DNA of 64,000 nt, taken from positions 62,001 to 126,000 of the forward strand of contig JAKMXF010000222.1 in NCBI GenBank assembly GCA_024704765.1, in the 5' to 3' direction. This document shows positions 1-10,923 of the stretch, one piece after another. Each line of letters opens with the position of its first letter. The stretch's first letter is position 1. Both the position numbers and the translations under genes were made by a program. The notes beneath the pieces were generated by a model. It was not told where the DNA came from, ran no database searches, and was given only the letters and a program-made list of their open reading frames with translations. Source of the stretch: Oopsacas minuta (taxonomy: Eukaryota > Animalia > Porifera).

Positions 1-496
1 TCTTCCTGACGGTGTTTAGCCCTCCTGGAGCTGAGCAAAGAGGAGAGATAAGAGGAGGAATGCTGTGATTTATCTTCTGCATCCTTGGTGTCATTTATAT
101 CAAAGAACAGATCGAATACGTGATTCTCCAGCTGGTATATAAAGTCACTACATGTTTCAAGAATGATAGCCTACAAATAAAACATAAATATAGAACATTC
201 CAATTAGCCCTAATGGTTACCTTGCTGAAGTGTTTCCCATTTCCTGGACTTCTCTGTGTCTGGGGCAGCAGCATGTTCAAGTGGTGGAGAGATGAGTTGA
301 GCTTTTGAACACGACATCTTTCACGATGACAATTCTTAACTCTTTTAGTTTCTATCTTATCGACCTCACTCAGTCCTGTAACTGAAGTATAGCATTTTTC
401 AACGTGAGTGCACAATTCTGGCAATTCCTCATCCTCCGAACACAGAATTTCAGATGTTTTTGGTTGAAATTCCAATATATCCATAGCTACCTTCAA
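1..496 (-). CDS. bHLH transcription factor (class A-like), 3' end runs off the window; exon 496-221, 50-nt intron 220-171, exon 170-<1
   Basis: Basic/helix 1 KRVKNCHRERCRVQKLNSSLHHLNMLLP, then loop ..KHFSK. Splicing AAG|GTAACC...TTTGTAG|GCT gives helix 2 SKAIILETCSDFIYQLE. The second exon stays open to the window edge. Confidence 0.85.
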
Positions 497-812
497 TTCC
501 TAATAATAAAGTAAATCTGCAGACTAAAATACTAACTGACTGACTTCAGAATCTATCCTAATTATACTTTTTATAAGGCCTATCTCTACAGAATCGGAAT
601 TGTAAAGTAAAAATAGCTTCGAGCGAAGATATGGAAACTATCAAATTTGATTGGTTCCAAATTCGTCTAAAAAATCACTAAATAAAAAATATTTACAAAA
701 TCCCACAAAAACAAATTCCCATAATAATTCCATTCTTAAGCTTTAGAATCACAATAAACAATCTTGTTAATTAAAGCAAATAAATTGTAACTAACTGAAA
801 TACACATAAATC

Positions 813-1247
813 TTAATTCCTAGTCAGATAACTAATTAAGGACCACAACAGCATAGCAGCAAAGTAAAAGAACATAACAATATAGTAGGCAAGCTTGATC
901 CAGCCCTCTCTCTGACACCTTTCAAGCTCTCTACGATTCATGATAGTAGTAGGATCATATATCCCAAGAGACCGCGAAGTTCTTCGTGTGTATCTGAACG
1001 CGTGATAAATCGTTATAGGAGCTGTGAGTAGAAGAGATACGAATTTGAAAGTTAGCAGAAATGTGAGTGAGAAAACAGCCTGTAGCGAGTACTCGGGTAA
1101 AACCAATGGATTAAGAGATTTACAAAGATCAACAGGGTTCTTAAAATCGTTTTTGAGTTCATCAAATGACACTACATTCCATATAGTAAGGAATATAAGG
1201 GCAATGTCTGCCAACAGTGCAGCTCCATACATAAATATGTGATACAT
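813..1247 (-). CDS. CNIH1: Cornichon homolog (CNIH1/2/3 type, ER-exit cargo receptor), intronless, 144 aa
   Basis: Motifs FDELKNDFKNPVDLC-LNPLVLPEY and YDPTTIMN...CQREGWIKLAYY; three hydrophobic segments. Confidence 0.93.
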   Translation of the reverse strand: MYHIFMYGAALLADIALIFLTIWNVVSFDELKNDFKNPVDLCKSLNPLVLPEYSLQAVFSLTFLLTFKFVSLLLTAPITIYHAFRYTRRTSRSLGIYDPTTIMNRRELERCQREGWIKLAYYIVMFFYFAAMLLWSLISYLTRN

Positions 1248-1324
1248 CGAGCTAGTGGTAAATTACGTCATAAATATTGTTAGTATACTCCTGTTATAGT
1301 TAAATCGAACGAGGATACATCTAA

Positions 1325-1431
1325 ATACCCGCTTATATAGAAGTCTTAAATGATACAAATATGCCCCAAACCGCGGTTATATCTAAGTAATTATCGCGAT
1401 TTCTTGAGCTTCGATATAACGGGATATACTG
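1325..1431. mobile_element. MITE family A (TA-flanked, CAGTCAACTCCCGTTATATCGAAG-type TIR), partial copy
   Basis: The reverse complement reads TACAGTATATCCCGTTATATCGAAGCTCAAGAAATCGCGATAATTAC, matching the copies at 21952, 51088 and 59519. Confidence 0.7.
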
Positions 1432-1591
1432 TAAATAAAATACGGAATATTATTAGTCAATAGTGATGGAGATTTGTGTGTTAGAAATATGAAATGAATA
1501 CAATGTCTCATGGAATTAAAATAATAATATCAATAAAATGCACGAAAAAGAACACATTAGTAAGCAAATCTCCGAGTAGTGTAAGGAATAA

Positions 1592-4500
1592 TTAGATATC
1601 AGTAGAAATACAATTGCTAGGAATATGTATCATCTCTACACCAGGTACGTGTTGAGATCCATTGGGCATCTGTAGGTTCTGGTAAAAAGGCTGTGAGTTG
1701 CTGTCATTAGAGATATTATCGAAGTTAGGAGCAGTCCTTACCGACGAAGGGGGAGATCCAACTCCATCTCGCTCGTACCTGAAACTGTTCATGCCTTCTG
1801 TGATTGTGAGACGTTTAGGGAGAGATACACTATCTCCAAACACTTCCTTCGTAGAGAAGGGGGGTGGTGGAGGGGGTCCTTGTATGTCACTGTCCACTTT
1901 ACTAGAAGGACTAGATGTACCCTCTAATCTTTCGAAATTAGCTCCAACAATAGACGGTCTGACTAGATGCTGTCTCTCAAAGGTACCAGACGGTGTGTTA
2001 CCTGTGTGTATGAAAGAGGTCGTGTATATACGCTCCTCAGTAAAAGGATCAACTGTTTCAGGCTCAAACAGTTGATCAGGCTCCAGGTTACTGTCTCGAG
2101 GTCCTAAGTGAGTATCTACCTCGGTTTTAAGAGGGTTGAATCCACTCCTCTCTCCTCTCAGAGGAGAATATATCGAAGTGTTAAGCCATGACTTATTAGG
2201 TATTCCAACTGGATAACGAGCATTTCGCACTTTTTGATGCCTACGAAAGCAACCAACGCAGCACAGCACAAAGAACAAAAGACAAAGGAAGGAAACGAAA
2301 CAAGCAAGAATAGCAACTACGGTTATCATCACCTCCAAATTATCCCTCAAGAAATCTATCTCATCAATTGTAATTAGTTTCGTTATGTATTGGTAAGCTA
2401 ACAAATCTCTAACTTTACAAGAATAGTTACCGTAGTGAGAAGAATCAAATTTAGGGATCACAAGATGGTTTTTATATAGATAGAAGTCCTCAGGTGGTGG
2501 GTCCATATTCTGCGAAAATTCACGCAGATCAACACCCTCCATATACCAAGACACATAACTGGGTGTGTATAAACCGTTGTACTTCTCAGAGAACATACAA
2601 CTCAGCTTGAACTTGTCTCCAATCAAAGGGATAGAAGGCCTCAGTACGATTTCTAAGGGAGGTAGAGTTGTAGTGTAAAACAACACCAGAGGGCTAACAC
2701 TGACGTCGTCACCATCTCGAGCAGTTATAGAGAATTTGTAGGTTGACAACGGTTCTAAATCCTGGAATGTGTAGGAGGTTTGTTCTGTTTTATATACGTT
2801 AGTAGGTTCAATAGAGTCCACTAGGAGAGAATATTGAATTTCGTATTCTAGAGCATCGCTAATATCTATGTATTCAACCGGTAACCAAGATAAAGAAATG
2901 GAGTTATGAGTGATAGATTCCGCAGTTACCATGGTTACAGCTCCGATAGCACTCTTAATACGTGTGGTAACCATGACAACACTATACTGACTACTTCCTA
3001 TCTCGTTATCAACCCAGATACGAATAAAATATGTTGTATTAGGCTGTAATTGCTGTGAAATTTCGTATTGATCTCTTGACACTACAAATGTGCCAATCAG
3101 GGTCCAATTCGCAGAATCCTCTGATATCTCAAGGGACCAATATAACAGAGGCTTACCCCCAGTGGTAGTAGCGGACCATGACACACGGATTGTCTGGAAG
3201 TCTATTGCAACAGCTGATAACCCAGGCTGACCTGGATAGGTGAATGTTGTTCTGTTTGCTACCGTAACGAATGAGCTGGTTCCCACAGAGTTGACTGCTC
3301 TAACTCTAGCTTCATACAGGGTCCCAGCTGTCAGACTCTGGAACACAACTTTAAACTGAGATGAAGAGGAACTGGCTATAGTACTCCACGTGCCTCCTTC
3401 TATGGTATGTATCTGATACTCATACCGTGTAACACGAGTATGTTCAAACGTCAGTAAAGGAGATTTCCAATGTAGTTCTAATTCTTTCTGTGACAACACA
3501 CGTAACATAACACTCCTAGGTTCAGGAGGAGGTAACGGTAAGGTAGTAGCAGACACAGATTCAAATTGACTAGTACCGATTTTATTCATAACATATACCT
3601 TAATAGTGTGTAGAGTATTAGCTCTGAGTTGAGTGAATGTGAATCCAGTAGTAAAGTTACCAGATATAAGGTTATTCTCCCAGATAGAGTTATTAGCTCT
3701 GTATTCTAGGAATGTGTTAGTTAGAGGTGAATTCCCGTTATCTCTATACACCCATTTTATTGAAATAGAGCTTGATGTGGTGCCGATTATGGAGACTGCA
3801 GGAGGTTGTGGGACTGTGAGTACTATCACTTGAAAGGAGGCGTGTGAAAATCCGCGAGTATTATTCGCGACACAAAAATAAAATCCTGTTTGATTATACT
3901 TAACAGAAGATATATTAAGTGTGACAGAATCCGCAGAATCAATCACGACACCATTAACTATTTCACTAGCACTAGACAATACATTATCCTCGTTAAAATA
4001 CCAAGTTACCAGAGGTTCAGGCTCTCCCTCGTAATAGCACTGTAGCTGTACAGTACTACCGATAGATGGATACCTGATTTCTCTACCTACAATTTCTATA
4101 GATGGTTCATACTCTACACTGAGGTACAGGTCAGTGCTTCTATTACCTAGAGGATTGAATACGGTACATGTGTAAGGTCCTAAATCATTTCGCGAGACGT
4201 TAGTCAGCTGATGTAGTCTGTTATTACTGAGCTTAATACCATCTCTATACCAAGAGAATCTAGGTGCTGGTTGTGTGTCAGATGCTGTGCAGGTTAGCGT
4301 AACGTCCGTATATTCTAATGCTGTTATGTTATGTGCAATAGGGGGAACGAGTATAGGTTGTATAAAAGCGAATGCAGGACAACTACCACCAGATTCAGGG
4401 CAGCAGACATTCCTAATATTTGTTCCTATTAAGGAGTGAGTAAGAGGAGTAATGAGAATAGAACCATTAAGATAAACCGTGTATTCAGAAGAATTATCAG

Positions 4501-4654
4501 TTAATTCAATACCATTCATTGTCCATGAAACTGGAGGAGGTAAAGGACATGTGTATAAGAGATCTTCTCCCAAATTAGCGTACACAATTGTTGTTGCTGA
4601 AACAATTGGAGATAGCGAGTAGTAGATGATCAAACCAAGCAATACCCGCAACAT
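1592..4654 (-). CDS. Single-pass IgSF/FN3 cell-surface receptor (SP-Ig x3-FN3 x4-Ig-TM-tail), intronless, 1020 aa
   Basis: Signal peptide; Ig motifs (TLTC..FSWYRDG..DLGPYTC; QLQC..VTWY..QTGFYFC; KLSC..VSWY..HYGNYSC); four FN3 repeats (ISIKW, LELHW, IRVSW, ISLSW with L-P-T-Y-V motifs); TM VMITVVAILACFVSFLCLLFFVLCC. Confidence 0.9.
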   Translation of the reverse strand: MLRVLLGLIIYYSLSPIVSATTIVYANLGEDLLYTCPLPPPVSWTMNGIELTDNSSEYTVYLNGSILITPLTHSLIGTNIRNVCCPESGGSCPAFAFIQPILVPPIAHNITALEYTDVTLTCTASDTQPAPRFSWYRDGIKLSNNRLHQLTNVSRNDLGPYTCTVFNPLGNRSTDLYLSVEYEPSIEIVGREIRYPSIGSTVQLQCYYEGEPEPLVTWYFNEDNVLSSASEIVNGVVIDSADSVTLNISSVKYNQTGFYFCVANNTRGFSHASFQVIVLTVPQPPAVSIIGTTSSSISIKWVYRDNGNSPLTNTFLEYRANNSIWENNLISGNFTTGFTFTQLRANTLHTIKVYVMNKIGTSQFESVSATTLPLPPPEPRSVMLRVLSQKELELHWKSPLLTFEHTRVTRYEYQIHTIEGGTWSTIASSSSSQFKVVFQSLTAGTLYEARVRAVNSVGTSSFVTVANRTTFTYPGQPGLSAVAIDFQTIRVSWSATTTGGKPLLYWSLEISEDSANWTLIGTFVVSRDQYEISQQLQPNTTYFIRIWVDNEIGSSQYSVVMVTTRIKSAIGAVTMVTAESITHNSISLSWLPVEYIDISDALEYEIQYSLLVDSIEPTNVYKTEQTSYTFQDLEPLSTYKFSITARDGDDVSVSPLVLFYTTTLPPLEIVLRPSIPLIGDKFKLSCMFSEKYNGLYTPSYVSWYMEGVDLREFSQNMDPPPEDFYLYKNHLVIPKFDSSHYGNYSCKVRDLLAYQYITKLITIDEIDFLRDNLEVMITVVAILACFVSFLCLLFFVLCCVGCFRRHQKVRNARYPVGIPNKSWLNTSIYSPLRGERSGFNPLKTEVDTHLGPRDSNLEPDQLFEPETVDPFTEERIYTTSFIHTGNTPSGTFERQHLVRPSIVGANFERLEGTSSPSSKVDSDIQGPPPPPPFSTKEVFGDSVSLPKRLTITEGMNSFRYERDGVGSPPSSVRTAPNFDNISNDSNSQPFYQNLQMPNGSQHVPGVEMIHIPSNCISTDI

Positions 4655-5333
4655 TTTGAGTGAATTCAGCTAATGAATAAGGGATAGAGCTTTTATGCAA
4701 GTTCAGAAGAAGCTGTATGTATTCTGGCCTGCTCGAGTGATTGTAATAATTAATATTAACTATTCCTATTTACGTAAAGTTCGTATATCTAAGGATTTAT
4801 ATACCAAAGTATTAGCGAGATATTAGTCATATCAATAATTAGATCAGAGGAAATTATGGCGATTAATATGTATACTAGCTTATAAATTAATAATGTAATG
4901 GCTTGATGAATTGACAAAATACTAAAACTTTTAAAGTAATTTCATATATATATTTGTAGAGATATAATAGAAGGTACAAGACTATACGTACAGGTCACTA
5001 CCCACACAGTAGATTACACGCATACACACTGACAGACATAATTATAAGCAGTATATTGATTCGTAAACATCTGCAAGGTTCTAGCCAATTATAAATAATT
5101 AAACATATAGAAGGATTAATAAGTTAATAACAGTATTACACAGAGACTTATGTGTTCAAGATAATTATCGCACTAAAGTGTTTGAAATACAAACAAAATG
5201 AATACATAACACTTCCAATAAAATATTTTAATACAAGAAAGATCTACCTCACTAAATGTACACAATATACCAAGATGATGAAAATCAAACTAAATATGAG
5301 AGAAAATCTCTTTACACAATCATAGAGAACAGT

Positions 5334-6457
5334 TCATTTCTCGTCTACGTCATTCTCAGCAGGGGGGTCTCCATTCACCTCATCTGCTGGTTCTCCGATC
5401 TCTATACAACGTTTGGATTAGTGGAATGCATTGAGACAATAGTTGTACAACGATGATAATGCTACCAACATGTGTAATATATATGTATTAGTCCGCAGTA
5501 AATTGAATACAATTTGATCTTTCTTGAAAATTTTATAACATTTCAAAAAAGCATGTTCGGATTAAAAAACTGTACATACACACAAATATATATCATCTAA
5601 ATCAACTTACCATTATTCCATAGAGTGAGGTTATCTCTCAACAGCTGTAGAATAAGCGTAGCATCTTTATATTCACTATCTTGAAGTTGATCTATACTTG
5701 CTAAAGCTTCATCAAATGACTTCTTAGCAAGATCAATAGCCATAGATTGTTTCTTCATAATCTCATAGTAGAATACTGAGAAATTGAGTGCTAGCCCTAG
5801 CTTAATGGTATCAGTATGCTCTAGCTCTATTGACTTATCCAGAGCTTCATTGTACGCTTTCAAAGAGTTCTGAGCCACAGAGTCTCTTGCTTCATCCTTC
5901 TTATACTCAGCCATATAGCGGTAATAATCCCCCTTCATCTTGAGGTAGAATACTTTATCCTTTGTATTCACACATTTAGTATTAATGAACTCGTCTGATA
6001 ATATCTATAAGAAACATGAAATCAATCTAAAGCATGCGAGCGAGCGGATCATTATCATTATCACGGGAAAATTGGATGTATCCTCTAATCTTTCGATGCT
6101 GAAACATGCTTCCTTACAATTAGACTATACAGAGCATCTAGTTAAACTCACGTCAGATATAATCTCATTACATCTCTCATCTAATTCATATTCAACCCTT
6201 TTAATATACTCAATAATTTGTGGGCTTCCTGGGTCCATTTCTAACATATGCCTGAATGTTCTTAAAGCAGTACGTCTTTGTCCTACAACATTCTTATAAC
6301 CTACTGACATCAAGTTACGCTCTTCAATCTCCATGGGAGAGAACTTTAAAGCAATGCATTTCATAGCTTCCACCATATCATCGTATCTCTCACAGTGCTC
6401 AGAGAGGCGAGCCTGATAAACCAATCTTTGACGTTCTTCTATCGCTTCTTCAGACAT
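5334..6457 (-). CDS. 14-3-3 protein, paralog A; exons 6457-6152, 6004-5611, 5401-5334
   Basis: ERYDDMVEAM, RNLMSVGYKNVVGQRR, YLKMKGDYYRY, KLGLALNFSVFYYEI, YKDATLILQLLRDNLTLW. Donors GTGAGT and GTAAGT splice in frame to an acidic tail ending ..ENDVDEK*. Confidence 0.93.
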
Positions 6458-6587
6458 GCTATTAATGACAAGCTAGTGTAAGTAATAATAGTATACTATA
6501 ACTTCCACAAACGGGGCTGCGTAAAACTGGGAACTTCTGGAACGGAGTGAAAATATATAAAGCGTATTCATATGCAAGCAAAAACTG

Positions 6588-6645
6588 AACCTACACAAAC
6601 GGGGTACCATTATTCGGCGTCCCTTGCACCCCGTTTGTGGACGTT
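6588..6645. repeat. Short palindromic element family E (ACxTxCACAAACGGGGT...ACCCCGTTTGTGxAxGT)
   Basis: About 17-bp terminal inverted repeats; related copies at 7797-7836, 53731-53787, partial copies at ~6501-6542 and 60374-60400. Confidence 0.7.
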
Positions 6646-6776
6646 ACACCGTATAATAATAAGCAGATTAATGAACTAAAATCTACACCATAGAGTACCA
6701 AGTTAGATAAACATAATTGGAAACTAAACAGAACAAACAAAACCTATATAGCAAGCAAAATATCAACAAACAAGAC

Positions 6777-7755
6777 TCAAGCATCATCATCATCACCATC
6801 ATCTTGTTTAGGAATATCTCCAGGTTCATCATCGATTGGATCAACAGAAGGCTCATCTAAACAACAACAAATTACGTCATAAATAATACATATAAATACA
6901 ATAATACATTACCTTGAGTCCATAGAGACAAGTTGTCTCTCAACAGCTGGAGGATCAGCATAGAGTCCTTGTAGTTTTCATCAGAGATGTCGTCTATCCC
7001 ACTTTTAGCCTCTTCAAACGATTGCTTAGCTAGCTTACAAGCCTCCTCCGACTCGTTCATTATTTCGAAGTGAAATACAGAGTAGTTAAGCACAAGACCC
7101 AGTCTGATTGGATCAGTAGCTGATAACTCCTTGCTAGCTGTCGCCCAAGCCTTTGAGTAGCAATCTTCAGCTTGCGTACAAACCTGTTTAAGCGCTTCTC
7201 CTTCCTTGTACTCGGCCATATAGCGGTAGTAGTCGCCTTTCATTTTCAAGAAAAATACTTGAGAACCGCATTCCTCCACTCTACCAAGGAATGCATCATT
7301 CAGAACCTATATGTATTGATAATAGCATAATAATTGACTCATTGAGATCAGATTTCTTGTAAATATGTGCTCGTCTTATCTGGAAATTCGTAATAACCGT
7401 GTTCGCATTAACGAGGTTTCATTATATAATATTAATACATCACCTGATCCAGCAATTCTAGACACAAAGCATCGAGTTCTGCCTCCAACTTGTCTCTGTA
7501 CTCAATCACAGTCTTCAGCTTGTATCCGTCAGGTTCTTTCCTCTCCTCCTTATCTTTTATACTTCCCAGTATACGTAGTGCATTACGGCGTGACCCTACT
7601 ATATTCTTGTAAGCTACAGATAGGAGGTTACGATCCTCAATCGCCATCTTCTCTGAGGACTGTGCAACCTCTTTCATATATTCCACCATATCATCAAACC
7701 GTTCTCCCTGCTCTGCTAGCTTAGCCATCTGTATCAGCTCTGCACGTGTCGACAT
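6777..7755 (-). CDS. 14-3-3 protein, paralog B; exons 7755-7444, 7306-6913, 6856-6777
   Basis: MAKLAEQGERFDDMV, RNLLSVAYKNIVGSRR, FLKMKGDYYRY, PIRLGLVLNYSVFHFEI, LQLLRDNLSLWT. Same two intron positions as paralog A; tail ..KQDDGDDDDA*. Confidence 0.94.
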
Positions 7756-7796
7756 TATTAATCGGCTAATATAGCAGCAATGCAATGAATATGTTA

Positions 7797-7836
7797 GCTA
7801 CGGGGTTGCATTTTGGTACCCTGTTTGTGTAGGCTA
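7797..7836. repeat. Palindromic family E, truncated copy just upstream of 14-3-3 B
   Basis: ACGGGGTTGCATTTTGGTACCCTGTTTGTGTAGG matches the core of 6588-6645 and 53731-53787. Confidence 0.6.
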
Positions 7837-7915
7837 TACAGTAATTATGTTATTAATATAAATCACTATTACCTCTAATTTTACCTCTAATATTAAGCTA
7901 ATAAGTCGAAAAATA

Positions 7916-9597
7916 TCAGAACCAACGTTTCTCATCTGTTCGAGATAATTTAAGTAGAGCGGGACTGACCTCCTGTTTAGAATCTTTCAACACTTTAATT
8001 AAATCTTTAGCTACAGTAGCATCAGCAGGAGTTAGTATAGAATAAGCCATACCCTTTTTCTCTCCACGAGCTGTCCTCCCAATTCGGTGTATATACTGAA
8101 CGATGTGTGTGGGAAAATCTACATTGACTACGTTCTTAATGCCTTGTATGTCTAGACCACGAGAAGCTACGTCAGTAGCCACTAGGAAATCAATATACCC
8201 CTTCCTGAACTGGTCTAGAGAACGCTCACGGTTATCTTGCGATTTAAGTCCGTGTATACTCGCGACTTTAAGCCCGTTTCTACGCATAACATCCATGAGT
8301 TTATCTGCTCTATTTCGTGTATTAGTAAACACTAGTGTCTTGTGATTAGGCTCCTCTAGGATTTTGTTAAACAAATCATCAAGAGTTGCTAAATATACAC
8401 AAATATTATCATAACTATATTATTAATAATAAACTATATAACTTACAATATTGTAAACGACCCTTGGTTACTATTATTTCCTGTTTGATGTTCTCCTTAG
8501 TGCGTAGGTCCTCTGAACCTATGTCTATTTTAATCGGCTTAGAAGTGACGTTTTTCGCAAGATCCCTCACCTCAGAAGGCCAGGTTGCTGTCCATAAAAG
8601 TGTCTGTCTATCTTTTCGCGTTTTATTAACAATATACTGTATCTGTGGATAGAATCCCATACTAAGCATTGTATCAGCTTCATCTATTACACAAAAGCTG
8701 ACCTACAAGAATAATACAAGGTTATAATTTGTTCAATTTATCTGTACAATTCAAGGCTTGGATATAAGGGGAGTTTACTGTTAGAATATAACTTACATTA
8801 CTGAGATCCAAATTTCCATTCTTTATGAAGTCCATTAGTCTCCCTGGTGTTCCAATACACAAATGGAATCCTCTACGGAAATGGACAAACTGGGAATCTT
8901 TACCAGATCCCCCGTAGAAAAGCGCAGTCTCAACATCAAAGAACTTTTTATAGTCCTCAGCAACTTGATTAATCTGTCTAGCCAATTCCCTAACAGGAGC
9001 TACTATTATTCCCATAGGAGCTACTCTATTACTACCAACTATAGTTTGTCTTTGAAATAATTCCTGAGCTTGTAAGTGTGCTAGTGCTGGGAGCATGAAT
9101 CCTAAGGTCTTACCGGATCCTGTCTCTGATATCCCGATTAGATCGTGTCCTGATAATATAACAGGCCAGGATTGACTCTGAATGGGTGTAGGCATTTGGA
9201 ATTTTGAGTACAACTCCAAATTCAGTTCCTCACCGAATTGTAACTCCTTTAAGTGTTTAATCGGTTTGGGGACGTGACTGGGTACCAGAATTCTACCATT
9301 CTTACGTATTTCTTCCACTGCTTCGTCAGTGCGCTTTTTCGTAGTTTCATTTTCTATGTAAATGTCCTTTCGAAACGGTTTTAACACTTTTTCTTTTTCT
9401 TTTACTTGATGTTCACTTGACAATTCTTTGAGGAAATCATTCATATATTCTTTCTTCATTCTCCCACGTGATCGGGTTGACCAACTATCTCTATAACCAG
9501 AGGGGTTCGCATCGAAACTGAACCCTCTCTCATTAGAGTACACTACCCGTGGTACGAGTCTGTACATACTCAATGTATTGTGTAGTATTCTCCTCAT
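7916..9597 (-). CDS. DEAD-box RNA helicase, DDX5/17/43 (Dbp2)-like; exons 9597-8797, 8702-8447, 8388-7916
   Basis: Q motif PTPIQSQSWP, Walker A ETGSGKT, Ia PVRELA, Ib TPGRL, II VIDEAD (formed after splicing), III TAT, V VATDVASRGLD, VI HRIGRTAR. Confidence 0.92.
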
Positions 9598-9924
9598 ATA
9601 TATTGGCTAATTGGTGCTAACTGGCATTATGACGACACAATTGTTCGCACAAATCAATGCATAATAACAGAACTTGACTACGAATAAGTAGATGACATAC
9701 TTCATAACGACATTATAGTTATGCTATATAAATCAAGCTGCGCCTACCTCACCATATTACCCTTTGTAATCATTGGGATAGTTTTACGGACGGTAATGTG
9801 ATCCCTACTAGTCATATAATATTCTATAGTTAGTGTAATAACGAGGGATTAGGAAGATACAATTGGGTATTTCTTGCCTTGTAGAACTGGACCAATTTAA
9901 TATACTTTTCAATATAGCAATAAT

Positions 9925-10779
9925 ATGGCGAAAATACCTAACATTGAACATTTAAAGCCGATACTCAAAAGCAATAAAAATACAGAATCTCTCGCAGGGC
10001 CTAGAGGGATAATCCAGGATTATGAATCTGAACTTATCTATATCGCAGATGCAGGAAGTGATGTTATTCGCGTTTTCACGCCTTCTCTAGAACCAGTGCT
10101 AAAATTCGGTGATAGCAAAATACTATCCACCCCAGCTGGTGTATGTATTGTAAACGGTGTCCTATTTGTGTGTAACTGGGGGCTACACACAGTAGCGATA
10201 TTCTCCTTAGATGGAGAGGAGATAACTCAAATGAAAGAGGTCACAACTTCTAATGGTTTATCACGGTTTACACAACCAATAGGAATAACTTATGACAAAC
10301 ATAAAGATGAGGTATATATCTGTGATTACGGGGGTAATATGGTGAAGAGATTCAATGACGTACAACACATATTCGCAATGATAAATAAACCATTTGATGT
10401 GAAGCTTACAGATGAGTTTGTAATAATTGTGACTGGAGAGACTGTATGTCTACATTTTTACAATAAAGAAGGGGATATGATTAAATCAATAGTGTCAAGC
10501 AATCAAGGAAATGAATCAGATATTGGGAATCCGTCCTTCTTTGGAATAGACGACAAGAATACAATCTGGCTATCTGATTATAGAAGACATTGTATATGCC
10601 AGATTAGCATGGATGGGAAAATATTAAGGAGAATTGGAGGAAAAAAACCGTCAAGAGGTAATACCGAATTATTCTCGTATCCAACTGGATTGCTACTGGA
10701 GAAGAATGGGTGCTTGATTAGTGCGTGTGTGAGAACCGATGACCAGATACAGTTATTCGATATTAAACATTTCCGTTAA
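9925..10779 (+). CDS. NHL-repeat beta-propeller protein, intronless, 284 aa, head-to-head with the DEAD-box gene
   Basis: Repeated P-GI/V...IYIAD/VYICD units (GPRGI..IYIAD; TPAGV..LFVCN; QPIGI..VYICD; KPFDV; NPSFFGI..IWLSD; YPTGL). No RING or B-box. Confidence 0.85.
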   Translation: MAKIPNIEHLKPILKSNKNTESLAGPRGIIQDYESELIYIADAGSDVIRVFTPSLEPVLKFGDSKILSTPAGVCIVNGVLFVCNWGLHTVAIFSLDGEEITQMKEVTTSNGLSRFTQPIGITYDKHKDEVYICDYGGNMVKRFNDVQHIFAMINKPFDVKLTDEFVIIVTGETVCLHFYNKEGDMIKSIVSSNQGNESDIGNPSFFGIDDKNTIWLSDYRRHCICQISMDGKILRRIGGKKPSRGNTELFSYPTGLLLEKNGCLISACVRTDDQIQLFDIKHFR

Positions 10780-10923
10780 ACTAAGTACATATATGCATTT
10801 TATATATTTCTAAGAATTGTATTTTGTAGTTTTCATACATGATAGGCAAATAATAATTTATTTTAATTTTTGTGTAAGTTATCTTTTCTAAGTTTATAAT
10901 GTTAGAATAATTGCAAATATCTT

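Noticed and set aside
1698-2075. 125-aa plus-strand ORF inside the Ig/FN3 gene
   Set aside because: Antisense shadow of the receptor tail; no motif, and the poly-Gly simply mirrors poly-Pro.
9925-10779. Horizontal transfer of the intronless NHL gene from bacteria
   Set aside because: Many clearly native genes here are also intronless, composition matches neighbours, and NHL repeats are common in animals. A phylogeny would be needed.
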